In this document: one piece after another, positions 31,334 through 40,811 of the stretch
How positions within the stretch are numbered: position 1 is the stretch's first letter
Layout: every line of letters begins with the position of its first letter
Origin: Naegleria gruberi
Taxonomy: Eukaryota
Reading direction: 5' to 3' (one strand)
Length of the DNA stretch: 64,000 bases
NCBI GenBank assembly: GCA_000004985.1
Contig: GG738871.1
Position numbers and translations under genes: made by a program
Notes under the pieces: model-generated
What the model was told of the DNA's origin: nothing
The model's database searches: none
Seen by the model: only the letters and a program-made list of their open reading frames with translations

Positions 31334-33004
31334 TCAATTTACTAATTGGTTATTCTTCTTGACCTTACTCAAAGTGCATTTCAAAATGAAATCAGTATCA
31401 TTTCGCAAAGATTCATCGACAAATTCAATAGCATCCTCACATTGATGAATTGCCTCCCAAACCACATCTCTATCTTTTTTCAGTTCACCCCCTACATATC
31501 TCAATGCCATTCCATCTTGTTTTACAGCTACTAAGGCCAGCTCCTTATCATTCTGGAGAACATATCGAGCATATCGAATCATTGAACCATTTTGTTTAAC
31601 TCCTTCCATGAACACTTCCTTGTCTTCCAACATGTCTCTGAAGAGAAATCCCAAAGTGAGTGGATTTTTCCTTACCAATTTCAATACAATTTCTCTATCT
31701 TGTAAAATGTGATCCTTTCTATCTTCACGAATGCTCCCATTATAAGGAATACACCCCAAAGCATTGATATTCAAATCAATGGCTTCCTCAAGGAATGAAT
31801 AATCTTTGATAAGTTCAGGATCAGCAGACGAAATTGAGTAATAATCCAACCTCATTGCTGTCAACATGATTTGTGCATCAGCTTTAAATTCCTGTCCAAT
31901 GTAAAAACAGGATCCACGTACTTGACTAACCAGTTCCAGAATGAACTCCCTATTTTTCATCAATTCTTCATCAACCCTCAATAATGATTCAGGTTGAATT
32001 TTAGCCACTAAAAATATTACACTCTTATTCTTTTTCAAATCCTCATTCAAATATTCGATAGCATCCAATGATTCATTCAGAGCAGTCAGTGCCAATTCCA
32101 AATCATTTTTCAATTCTCCCCATGCATATTGAATGCAGAGTGGATTGGCACAAATGGCCTTCTTCATAAATTCCTTGTCAGATCGAATGGACATGTCCTC
32201 ATCGAGTAGACATTCAGGATCTTTTGATATTTTTGAAAGTAGCAACTCTTCTTCATATAGTGAATCATATCCTGATTGACCATATGCTACTTTCAATACT
32301 TCATCATCATCTTCAAATTCTTTAGCATATTCAATTGCATTTCCATTCTGTTTCACTGCTTCCAACACAATTTCCTTATCAATAAATTCGGCAAATTCCA
32401 AAGCAAATCCATTTTGTTTGACAGCTGCCAAAACGACTTGTTTATCCTCTTTGAGTGTGAAATGAACAAATTCCAAAGCATACCCATTTCTCTCTACAAT
32501 TTTCATTACAAATTCCTTATCAATATTCAATGGAGTAATTCTCAAATATTCCAAACTATGTCCAAGAGCAATATCCACAATTTCTTTATCAGATTTAAAT
32601 GCATTATCACAATAAACAAACGAATTCGGACTATTCCTAATAGCAGTCAATACAATTTCTCGATCCATTCTCAATTCCTCACTCAAATGTTTCAACAAAT
32701 TTCCATTTCTCTGCAGGGCGAATAATAAAACTCTCCTATTTGACTTGACATCTTCTGATATGAAAATCCTCTCAGGATCCATAAATCTAATAGCAGCCAT
32801 ATATAATTCCGGATCATTTCCAATCATGGCTGCTAATTCAGGTGAATGTTCAACACATTTCAAAATATTCCTCTCGTGTGTGAATTTTTGTGCAAGTAAT
32901 TGATGAAGATCGTGATGGGAACAATACGATAAAGGTGAATCATCACTCAAAATAATATTAACCCTGACTTGATGGTCGTGTGATTCAGCTTGTTGTTGAG
33001 ACAT
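31334..33004 (-). CDS. DUF4116-repeat protein (tandem about 30-aa helical repeats)
   Basis: 556-aa intronless ORF built from repeats of the type KEIVLTAIRNSPNSFVYCDNAFKSDKEIV, VVLAAVKQNGFALEFAEFIDKEIVLEAVKQNGNAIEYAKEF and KELALVAVKQDGMALRYVGGELKKDRDVVWEAI. These match the DUF4116 consensus (AL-YAS-EL--D-E-VL-AV-QNG-AL). Confidence 0.6.
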   Translation of the reverse strand: MSQQQAESHDHQVRVNIILSDDSPLSYCSHHDLHQLLAQKFTHERNILKCVEHSPELAAMIGNDPELYMAAIRFMDPERIFISEDVKSNRRVLLFALQRNGNLLKHLSEELRMDREIVLTAIRNSPNSFVYCDNAFKSDKEIVDIALGHSLEYLRITPLNIDKEFVMKIVERNGYALEFVHFTLKEDKQVVLAAVKQNGFALEFAEFIDKEIVLEAVKQNGNAIEYAKEFEDDDEVLKVAYGQSGYDSLYEEELLLSKISKDPECLLDEDMSIRSDKEFMKKAICANPLCIQYAWGELKNDLELALTALNESLDAIEYLNEDLKKNKSVIFLVAKIQPESLLRVDEELMKNREFILELVSQVRGSCFYIGQEFKADAQIMLTAMRLDYYSISSADPELIKDYSFLEEAIDLNINALGCIPYNGSIREDRKDHILQDREIVLKLVRKNPLTLGFLFRDMLEDKEVFMEGVKQNGSMIRYARYVLQNDKELALVAVKQDGMALRYVGGELKKDRDVVWEAIHQCEDAIEFVDESLRNDTDFILKCTLSKVKKNNQLVN

Positions 33005-33315
33005 TTTTTTTATGGAAACTATAAGAATTGTAATCTTCTGGATTTTTTCATCACCAACAGGTTTGCTCCAGTTTCTTATATGAAAGTCGTTCTCTTGTTT
33101 GTTGTTTTAACATTCTCAAAACAACTGTTAAGAATATGCGGCTTAATTTTCTCAATGTGAGGATTTTTTGAGTGTGGTTTTGTGTGGCGAATTAAAGTGG
33201 TGTCAAGGAACATTTTTGGAAAGGAGGGTGAGCTTGGAGTATTTTAGGAAAGGTGTCGAGTTCAATATGGAAGAAATTAACATTAAAATTCAAGTTAATT
33301 TACAATTTATTTACA

Positions 33316-35583
33316 TTATTCCAGAATTGAGAGTGAGATTATCATTTTAGTATTAGGATCTCTCTTCAAGTCGTACTTGTTCATTTCAATCATTCCAAGA
33401 TCGTATCCCTTCATACTACTCAAATCTTTAACAATTTGATCAGTTCCGAAATATGGATGGCTCACAACAGAATTATCAGTAAATCCATGTCCAAGAGTAA
33501 TACACTCAACTCCATTAATTGAAACAACATGTCCTTGATCAACTACCAAATTATAGACATAATCACAGGCAACATCTTGAGGTGATTTGATATCGATTGG
33601 GAATTTCCATTCACCCTTAACTCTTACAGGGTGATATGGGGTAATGTACATTCCATTCATTTCACACAATTTGACAATAGGGGAAGGAGTCTTGCTCTTC
33701 AAGACGCATAAAATAGTGGCATATGAATCACCATTCATGTTCTTAACTCTGTCTCCTTTCTTAATTTCAGAAACCTTCTTGACAGAGTTGTCATACATTG
33801 TGATTAATGAATTACCATCGAAGCAAGAACCACCTGCATTGTAGTATGAGCTCATGTTTGTTGGGGTGTTATAGCTGCCACCACCATAGGAATAGACATT
33901 TGATGGTTTTGGAGGAGGAAGTTTACAAAAGATGTCATCTGCAACAGATTGCAAAGCTTCAAACAAGCTTCCACCAAAGATTTGAACACTTGGGTCTTTG
34001 AAATTGTGGCATTGTTGCATCCAGTTAGCACGAAGGAGAGAAGGCAAATAGTGATAACCCCACTTATTCATGAACTCTTGTTTGGAGAAGGCAATAGATA
34101 CTTGACCTTCGTTTGTATTGTCACTCTTAATATCTCTAACTAGAGCACTGACACGTTCATCTGTAAAGGATGGTAATTTGGCAATAGTTTGCAAGAAGGA
34201 TTCTAATTGATGTTTGCATTCCTTACTACTGTCATCTCTGCTACTGTTACCATTTCTGTAGGTTTGAATACATTTTTCAACACATTCAATGAACATTAAT
34301 CTTGTCAAGTTGGCATCCATATCAGTAGCTTGTTCTGAGGAGAGTGATTGATTAACAGGTTCAACTTTTTCAATAGAATGGTGATTGTAAGTGAGATCAA
34401 CCTTAATGGCAGGCAAATTATTGGCATGCATATCGACATCAATAATATAATCTCTTGATTGTTGGAATTGAACTCCTCCCATTGAAATTGTGAATTGTTT
34501 TTCATTGGTACTGTTATTTCCATTTTGACTGGAACCGTAAACGTGTGAAATCTTGGCACCGTTCATTGAGGAAATGACCAACTCGGCTCTTCTAACAGCA
34601 GTACATAAAATATTACTCATCATGTTAACAAATGTTGTTCCAACCATGGAACAATCAGGAATATAAGAGTAAGCTCCACTTCCATTCATTGCAATATCTT
34701 TCAATAAGGCACTATCCAAACTGTATCCAAATCCAAAGCTGTGAATTGTGGAATTCAATGGATGTTCCTTAATGTACTTTTCAAGAGTTGGGACAATACC
34801 TCTTGGAGGATTAATGTTAGGTTCACCATCTGTGAATAGAATCAAACAAGTATTGGTCTTTGCACAGAGAGGATTATTAAGACTGGATTCCATTCCCAAT
34901 CTCAAACCATCCCATACATTGGTAGATCCTTCAGGTCCTAAATGTTCCAACTTTTCAATGGCCTTCTTCTTACCAACTGCATCCATTTTAGTGAGAGGAA
35001 GTTCCATTCTTGCAGAATCACTGAATGGAATGAGAGAAATTTGATCCTTTTCATTCATTAATTCAATAAGAGTTCTAACAGAGTGCTTGACCAAATCCAA
35101 TCTTGAAAATCCAGTATTTTCATTGGAAGAACTCAAATCTTCAGCACTAGATCCCATACTTCCACTCACATCGAGAATGCATACCAAATTACATGGTTGA
35201 CGTTGACCTCCAGTAGGTGGTGATACCTTAACATGAATTCTTCTCTTTGATTCACTCACTTGCTTTGAAACAATTGTCAAATTCAAAGAATGATCTTCAA
35301 TATCTTGCTCAACCAATGGTGTGACTCTATTCACAACAATAGGAGTATTTCCATGAACCAATTGTTCAATAGTATTTCTCAAAGCAATATTCGATACCAA
35401 CAACTCCTTGCTCATGGCTTCTCTTGTCAATGGTGAAGTAGCATGAATAGTCAACCAATGTTCAATTGCTTCTCTTTCATAGGTTTGACCATCGGTACCA
35501 ATAACAGGATCTTTCATAATTTCCTGTGTGATTGGACAATAAAATTCATTTGGATAATTTCTTTGAGTTGATGATGATGACAT
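33316..35583 (-). CDS. U-box - von Willebrand factor A - Hint/Vint-domain protein (putative self-processing E3 ligase)
   Basis: 755-aa intronless ORF. There is an N-terminal U-box (FYCPITQEIMKDPVIGTDGQTYEREAIEHWL). A vWA domain follows with the MIDAS motif (CILDVSGSMGSS...TDGEPN). The C-terminal Hint-like domain begins with a nucleophilic Cys (SCFDGNSLITMYDNSVKKVSEIKKGDRV) and has a TxxH block (ITPYHPVRV). Confidence 0.7.
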   Translation of the reverse strand: MSSSSTQRNYPNEFYCPITQEIMKDPVIGTDGQTYEREAIEHWLTIHATSPLTREAMSKELLVSNIALRNTIEQLVHGNTPIVVNRVTPLVEQDIEDHSLNLTIVSKQVSESKRRIHVKVSPPTGGQRQPCNLVCILDVSGSMGSSAEDLSSSNENTGFSRLDLVKHSVRTLIELMNEKDQISLIPFSDSARMELPLTKMDAVGKKKAIEKLEHLGPEGSTNVWDGLRLGMESSLNNPLCAKTNTCLILFTDGEPNINPPRGIVPTLEKYIKEHPLNSTIHSFGFGYSLDSALLKDIAMNGSGAYSYIPDCSMVGTTFVNMMSNILCTAVRRAELVISSMNGAKISHVYGSSQNGNNSTNEKQFTISMGGVQFQQSRDYIIDVDMHANNLPAIKVDLTYNHHSIEKVEPVNQSLSSEQATDMDANLTRLMFIECVEKCIQTYRNGNSSRDDSSKECKHQLESFLQTIAKLPSFTDERVSALVRDIKSDNTNEGQVSIAFSKQEFMNKWGYHYLPSLLRANWMQQCHNFKDPSVQIFGGSLFEALQSVADDIFCKLPPPKPSNVYSYGGGSYNTPTNMSSYYNAGGSCFDGNSLITMYDNSVKKVSEIKKGDRVKNMNGDSYATILCVLKSKTPSPIVKLCEMNGMYITPYHPVRVKGEWKFPIDIKSPQDVACDYVYNLVVDQGHVVSINGVECITLGHGFTDNSVVSHPYFGTDQIVKDLSSMKGYDLGMIEMNKYDLKRDPNTKMIISLSILE

Positions 35584-35999
35584 GATCAGCTGATGTATAT
35601 TATTATATGTACAATAGTATGTCTTGGTGTTGTTCTTTTTTTCTTATTGAAAAAGTTCTTCTCAGATTTTAAGAGTTCCTTTTAAAGGCCATTGCTAAAT
35701 TACTATCGGAGAGTTGAGAATTTGATTGATCTTCAATTTGTAAATTGTTCTCTCTTCATTGAAAGCGCTGTGAACTTTGATAATTATCAACAAATTCTCT
35801 TCTCTGTCTTCTCATCATCAAATGATAATTCTAAATTTATGCAAATTCTCGGCGGGTAATGAGAAGAAGAAGTAAATGAAGTAAATGTGTTATTTTGTAT
35901 ATATACAAAAGGTATTCTCTCTCATATGGATGTGTTTTTAATTGGTAATATTAAAGTTGCTGATTCGATCGAATGAAAAGCGCTGCAAGTCTTTAATTT

Positions 36000-36606
36000 T
36001 TATTTAATAATTAATAAACAGTAATATTTAAATATTGATGATGTTTGTTGCTCTGTTCTTATTAATCGTTTGAATAATTCTTCCTGAATCAAATCATTGG
36101 ACTTTTTCAGAGCATTTTGTAATTCTTGTAATTGTTTAACACTCGAAAGGGATGAAATTTCATCTGCTGAAATGGTTGCTCTCTTTACAAGATCAGATTT
36201 CAATTGATTATTCTTTGAATTTTCCATTTCTAATAGGTTACATTGATTCTTGAATGAGGTAAGCAACATTGTTATCATTTCAAATCTTTCATTCATTGGT
36301 GTTTGCATCAATTTGTTTTTCATTTCTGTATTAATTTCTGGTGCCTCAATGCCCTGGTTGTAATATTCCAAGTTTCGTTTGTGTAGTTTCTTATAACCTT
36401 CTTTAGTTTCCTCGGTAGCTACCTTCCACATATTGGCCAATTCTCTTTGGATTTCCTTTTCGGAATAGGTCTCACCAAGACGAGCCCTAACTTTTGCTCT
36501 GTTATCTAAATTTCAGTTTACCAAAATTAATTCAGAGTTTGAATTAATAAACTGCTTACCATTACAAAAGAGAATATATGAAGAACAGGGTTTTTTCATA
36601 TTCATG
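36000..36606 (-). CDS. HMG-box DNA-binding protein, 2 exons
   Basis: Exon 1 is 36606..36561 (MNMKKPCSSYILFCN) with donor GTAAGC. The intron is 36507..36560, and exon 2 is 36506..36000 after acceptor ATTTAG (phase 1). The spliced N-terminus KPCSSYILFCNDNRAKVRARLGETYSEKEIQRELANMWKVATEETKEGYKKL fits an HMG box. The C-terminal tail is a coiled coil. Confidence 0.6.
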
Positions 36607-36733
36607 AACATCTCAAGTTGTTTTTTTTTTGATTTTGTAAATTATCTATAAATAGTCTCCACCCGAACTGTGGAGGAAATAACAAAAGGATTTAAATTCA
36701 AGATCATTAATTTTTGACAAGAATTAGTTTGTA

Positions 36734-37976
36734 TTAATTATTGAAATTCAAAGTATCAAAGAAGGATTTCACTTGATTTTCCATATCTTGAATGTACTTT
36801 TCCTGTTCTTCCTCTTTGCCAATGAACCAACTTTGATAACAAGTCAAACACATGGCAAACGAAACTGCATTGAAATATTTCCTCCGTTCTTGATATCCTT
36901 TCCAGAAGGTTTCTGGATTCATATTTAGAGAAGGAAGAAGGTGTTTGTTCATTGATTCAATCATGAATTCTCGTTCTTCATCGTTGGTTGCATAATTATA
37001 AAGCATTTCTGAAATATCTTCATCAATGATTGAGAAGGAAGACCATTCCCAGTCAATTATGCCAGTAATGACTTTTGTTTGAGGATCTACAAGTGTATTA
37101 TTTGGAGTAATATCAATATGGCAAATTGACATTAAATTATACGGAAACTCTATTGTTGTTTCTAACATGTTCAATAAATCGTTGGAATTTAGTAACAAAG
37201 TAAGATAAGGAACCATTCTTGATAATTTTCATATCTTCCAATCGAAAATCAATTAAGGAAATGATGTAATCATTGAAAGAACGGAATGGACCTTTTAAGG
37301 TATCACAATTAGGACCAATGAGGGCAAGTACTTGACCATTTTTCATTTCAATACCTTGATAACATCCAAATAAGGGATTTGGCCCAGCTTGATCGTTATC
37401 ACAAGTTCTTGTGAGGAATTTTAAATCACTCAATTTGGATCTTTCCTTAACTATTTGATTCAAGTAATGTTTTCTTTCGTCAGTGGTCATGTCACCATAA
37501 ATTGTGTTCAATGTTATTCCTTCACACTTTGACATGAAAATGTATTCGTTTCCAATTAAATCACCTTCACAATCGTATCCATAAATGGTTGGCACTGGAA
37601 AATCTTTAACATTCTCACTAAGGAATTGGATCACCAACACTTCATTGAGAGTTTTCAATCTTTTCCAATTTGGGGGCAAAATTTTTACAATGCTCTTCAA
37701 TTCCTTATCATTTAATTTAATGGTCAAACAATAGACAGCATTGACAACTCCATTATCAATTTGTTGCACATCTATTGCTAATACACAAGTATCCGCATTG
37801 GTGCCATATTCGAAACCAATTCTTTCAGAAAGATCTCTTCGAAAGTCAGCACATTCCACCGCCGATTTGTTAATAATCTTGAATGCCTTTTCATTATCCA
37901 ATTGAATATCATAACGAGTGGATTCTCTCATTTTTTCTAGTGAATGAATTTCAACTTTGAATATTAACCACTTCAA
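36734..37976 (-). CDS. Aminoglycoside-phosphotransferase-like / choline-ethanolamine-kinase-like (APH fold) protein
   Basis: Two overlapping ORFs (37137..37976 and 36734..37216) in different frames. The downstream one carries the Brenner catalytic motif HIDITPNNTLVD and the metal-binding ITGIIDWEWS (compare HGDLHPGNIL...IDWE). They can be joined by a 52-nt intron with a weak donor (G|GTTCCT...TGTTAG|AA, phase 1), or there is a frameshift. Confidence 0.55.
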
Positions 37977-38290
37977 ATATTAAAATCTTCATTTCAAACT
38001 CGAAATTGAAATCAAAAACCTTAATATTTCTGAAGCAATTATCTTTCCAATTCGATTCCAGAGAGTTATTAAAGGTGTTATGCTCAATCATTGATCATAC
38101 ACTTTGGTAACACTATAAAATTCGAGTAATTGAGATGTTTTCTATTCCCTTACAACGACTTCTTCTATTTTTAAAGGTCATTACATAAAAATTCAGATGA
38201 TGAACTCTGTAAAACAACGCCAAGATAAAAACCCGCCAAAATTTTTAGCCTAGAACTATAAATTTCAAAAAAACAAATCAAATTATAGAA

Positions 38291-39376
38291 ATGATTAGCA
38301 ACACTGTTAATAACAGCAACAATAACGCACCTAATGCTTCCGAACCAATTGAAATTAAATTAAATTATTTGATGAAGAAGCATGATGATGATCAAATTAT
38401 TGAACAAAGTTTGCCTTCCTTCTCTCCTTTGGAAAATCTTCAAGATTTGAAAGATTATATTGCAAATCAATTTAATTCAAATTTGATGAATGATGATGAA
38501 GAACCAAAATCTGTCAAGATTGTTAAAGTTAAGGATTTCAAGGCAAAATCTGGTAAAAAGTTTAGAGCCCTTCATACTGATGAAGATTGGACCAATTCTA
38601 TCAATTCCATTCTTCAACATCGTCTTGATTCCTCTACCACAACTTCTGTTGAACCATTCATTGTTGATTTCAAGATTAGAATGAAAAAGTCCAAGAAGGA
38701 TAAAGTTTCTAATGATAAGAGTGAAAGAAAAGCTGAAAGAGAGCTCAAGAAACAAGAACGTCAAGAAAAACGTCGTTTCCAAAAGGAAGAATCTCAAAAG
38801 GTTCATGCTGATGATTTAATTCTCGTAGATGAAAGTACTGGAATTGCATCCAAGATGAATCCAGAAATTAGTAGAATTATCATTGATGGTAATAATCTCT
38901 TCTTCCAAACCAATACTTTGAGAGGTTTAATTCTCAAGAGTAAGAAGAAACACCAAGTTGAAGAATTACTTGTCCACATGGCTAAAAAGTATTCTCAATT
39001 CTCTGAAACAACTTTCAATCAAAAATTGAATTTAATGCATGTTGTTTTTGATGCTTCAAGCAATCAAGTTAATGGTACTTCCAATGATGGAACATTTGTT
39101 GTTTCATCTGCCAAGAAGGAAGGATTCACCATTGCTGATGATATGCTTGTTGAATTGGCAAATCGACAAAATATTGCTGGCACTTTGGATTCTTGTCTAT
39201 TTGTTACATCTGACAGAGGATTGAGAGAACGTTTGAAGTCCATTGGAGCTAAATGTATCAAGTCTGGAAGATGGATGGCATTTGCTCATGCTCATCTTTG
39301 TCCAAATGCAGCCACCACTTCAATTGATGAATGGACTGCTCAATTATGGAGTCAAGTTACTAATGAAAGTAACTAA
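38291..39376 (+). CDS. NYN/PIN-like (LabA-like) nuclease-domain protein with K/E-rich N-terminal region
   Basis: 361-aa intronless ORF. The C-terminal domain has an acidic-residue pattern consistent with NYN (IIIDGNNLFF, HVVFDAS, FTIADDMLVELA, LFVTSDRGLRERLKSIGAKCI). The middle is a charged K/E/R-rich segment. Confidence 0.45.
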   Translation: MISNTVNNSNNNAPNASEPIEIKLNYLMKKHDDDQIIEQSLPSFSPLENLQDLKDYIANQFNSNLMNDDEEPKSVKIVKVKDFKAKSGKKFRALHTDEDWTNSINSILQHRLDSSTTTSVEPFIVDFKIRMKKSKKDKVSNDKSERKAERELKKQERQEKRRFQKEESQKVHADDLILVDESTGIASKMNPEISRIIIDGNNLFFQTNTLRGLILKSKKKHQVEELLVHMAKKYSQFSETTFNQKLNLMHVVFDASSNQVNGTSNDGTFVVSSAKKEGFTIADDMLVELANRQNIAGTLDSCLFVTSDRGLRERLKSIGAKCIKSGRWMAFAHAHLCPNAATTSIDEWTAQLWSQVTNESN

Positions 39377-39702
39377 ATTAAGATACCACTCAAAGATTAC
39401 TCTTAATAAAAGAAGTCTTTTCTTAAATTATGATGCAAATTAATGAAATGTTCATAAAGGACAGTGGTGTAATAGTTTACAAAATATTGAGAAATGAAAT
39501 TAAAAAAGGAAACTTTCTAAATTCTGATAAATTATTATGCAAATTGATGGATTTTATTATCATTTTCATCAATAATAAGGTGATTTACAATCCAATATCA
39601 CAAACTTCTTTTCACAAACCTCATTATTCCCTAACCAAACCTACTTGTCAATTATAAACAAACAACTGTCACTTTTCAAACATTAAAATCAACACAAAAA
39701 AA

Positions 39703-40630
39703 ATGGGCAACAAACTCTCCCAAGCTGAAAAGCTCATCAAATCTGGTCAAAATTGCGACCTCGACTTGGATGAAAAGGAAATCAACAACAAGGAATTAGC
39801 ACAACTTTCCGATCTTCTCAGAAATAACAATACTTGTTATGCTCTCCATTTGAAGGCAAATAATTTTGATGAGAAGGGATTGGAAGCACTTGGAGAGGCG
39901 TTGCAGACTAATAGATTTTTGAAAAGATTGTATTTGAATAATAATAGAATTGGTGATGTAGGTTTACAACAATATTAAATAGTATTTAATATTTAAATGA
40001 TGATCAATGTTAATTAATATATTTAATTAAAATAATGATAATAATAATAATAATGGATGATATTCACTTTAGGTTGGATGTAAACATTTAGCTGATGCAA
40101 TTAAACGTGTGACAGCTCTTGGTATGATTGACATGTCAATGTCTGGTATTGGAACACAAGGAGCTAAATTCTTGGGAGTTTCTCTCGTTCTTAACAATTC
40201 CATTCACACAATTTACTTGACTGATAACACAATTGGTGCTGAAGGAACCAAAGCTTTGGCTGAAGGTTTGAAGGACAATAAGAAACTCAAAGTTTTGGAC
40301 ATTTCAAGAAATGATATTGGAAATGATGGAGCTGTTGCTTTGGCAGAAATGTTAAAAGTCAATTCAGTGTTGGAACAATTGTATATTGTCAAGAATAATA
40401 TTGGCACAACTGGATCCATTGCTTTGGCTGAAGCTTTGGTTGTAAATAAGGGAATGAGAAGTTTGAATATGGATTTTAATCCGATTGGTGATGATGGTGC
40501 AACTCCTTTCATGAAGGTTCTTCGTGAAAATGACAAGATTGAAAAGATTGAATTTGATGATAAGAGTATTTCTGAAGATTGGAAGAATGAATTTAGAATG
40601 AGATTACAAAGAAAGCAAGAAGTTCGTTAA
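39703..40630 (+). CDS. RNI-like leucine-rich-repeat protein with N-myristoylation-type N-terminus (MGNKLS), 2 exons
   Basis: Exon 1 is 39703..39957 with donor GTAGGT. The intron is 39958..40072, and exon 2 is 40073..40630 after acceptor CTTTAG, phase 0. The junction rebuilds a perfect RI-type LRR (LYLNNNRIGD|VGCKHLADAIK). Exon 2 has further repeats (LTDNTIGAEGTKALAEGLKDN, ISRNDIGNDGAVALAEMLK, VKNNIGTTGSIALAEAL, FNPIGDDGA). Confidence 0.7.
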
Positions 40631-40811
40631 TTATTTCTACTTTGTAATGACTATTGCGTGTTAATTGAATTATTGAACTATTTTGATGTTGTATTACCAT
40701 AAATACACAACAAATTTGCAAATCTAATTTGGATGTTAGTGTGTTGTCAAGTTGAAATCATACCACTAAGTTGTTGTTTCATAATTGTTTTTTGAATTGA
40801 GAAATTAAGAT

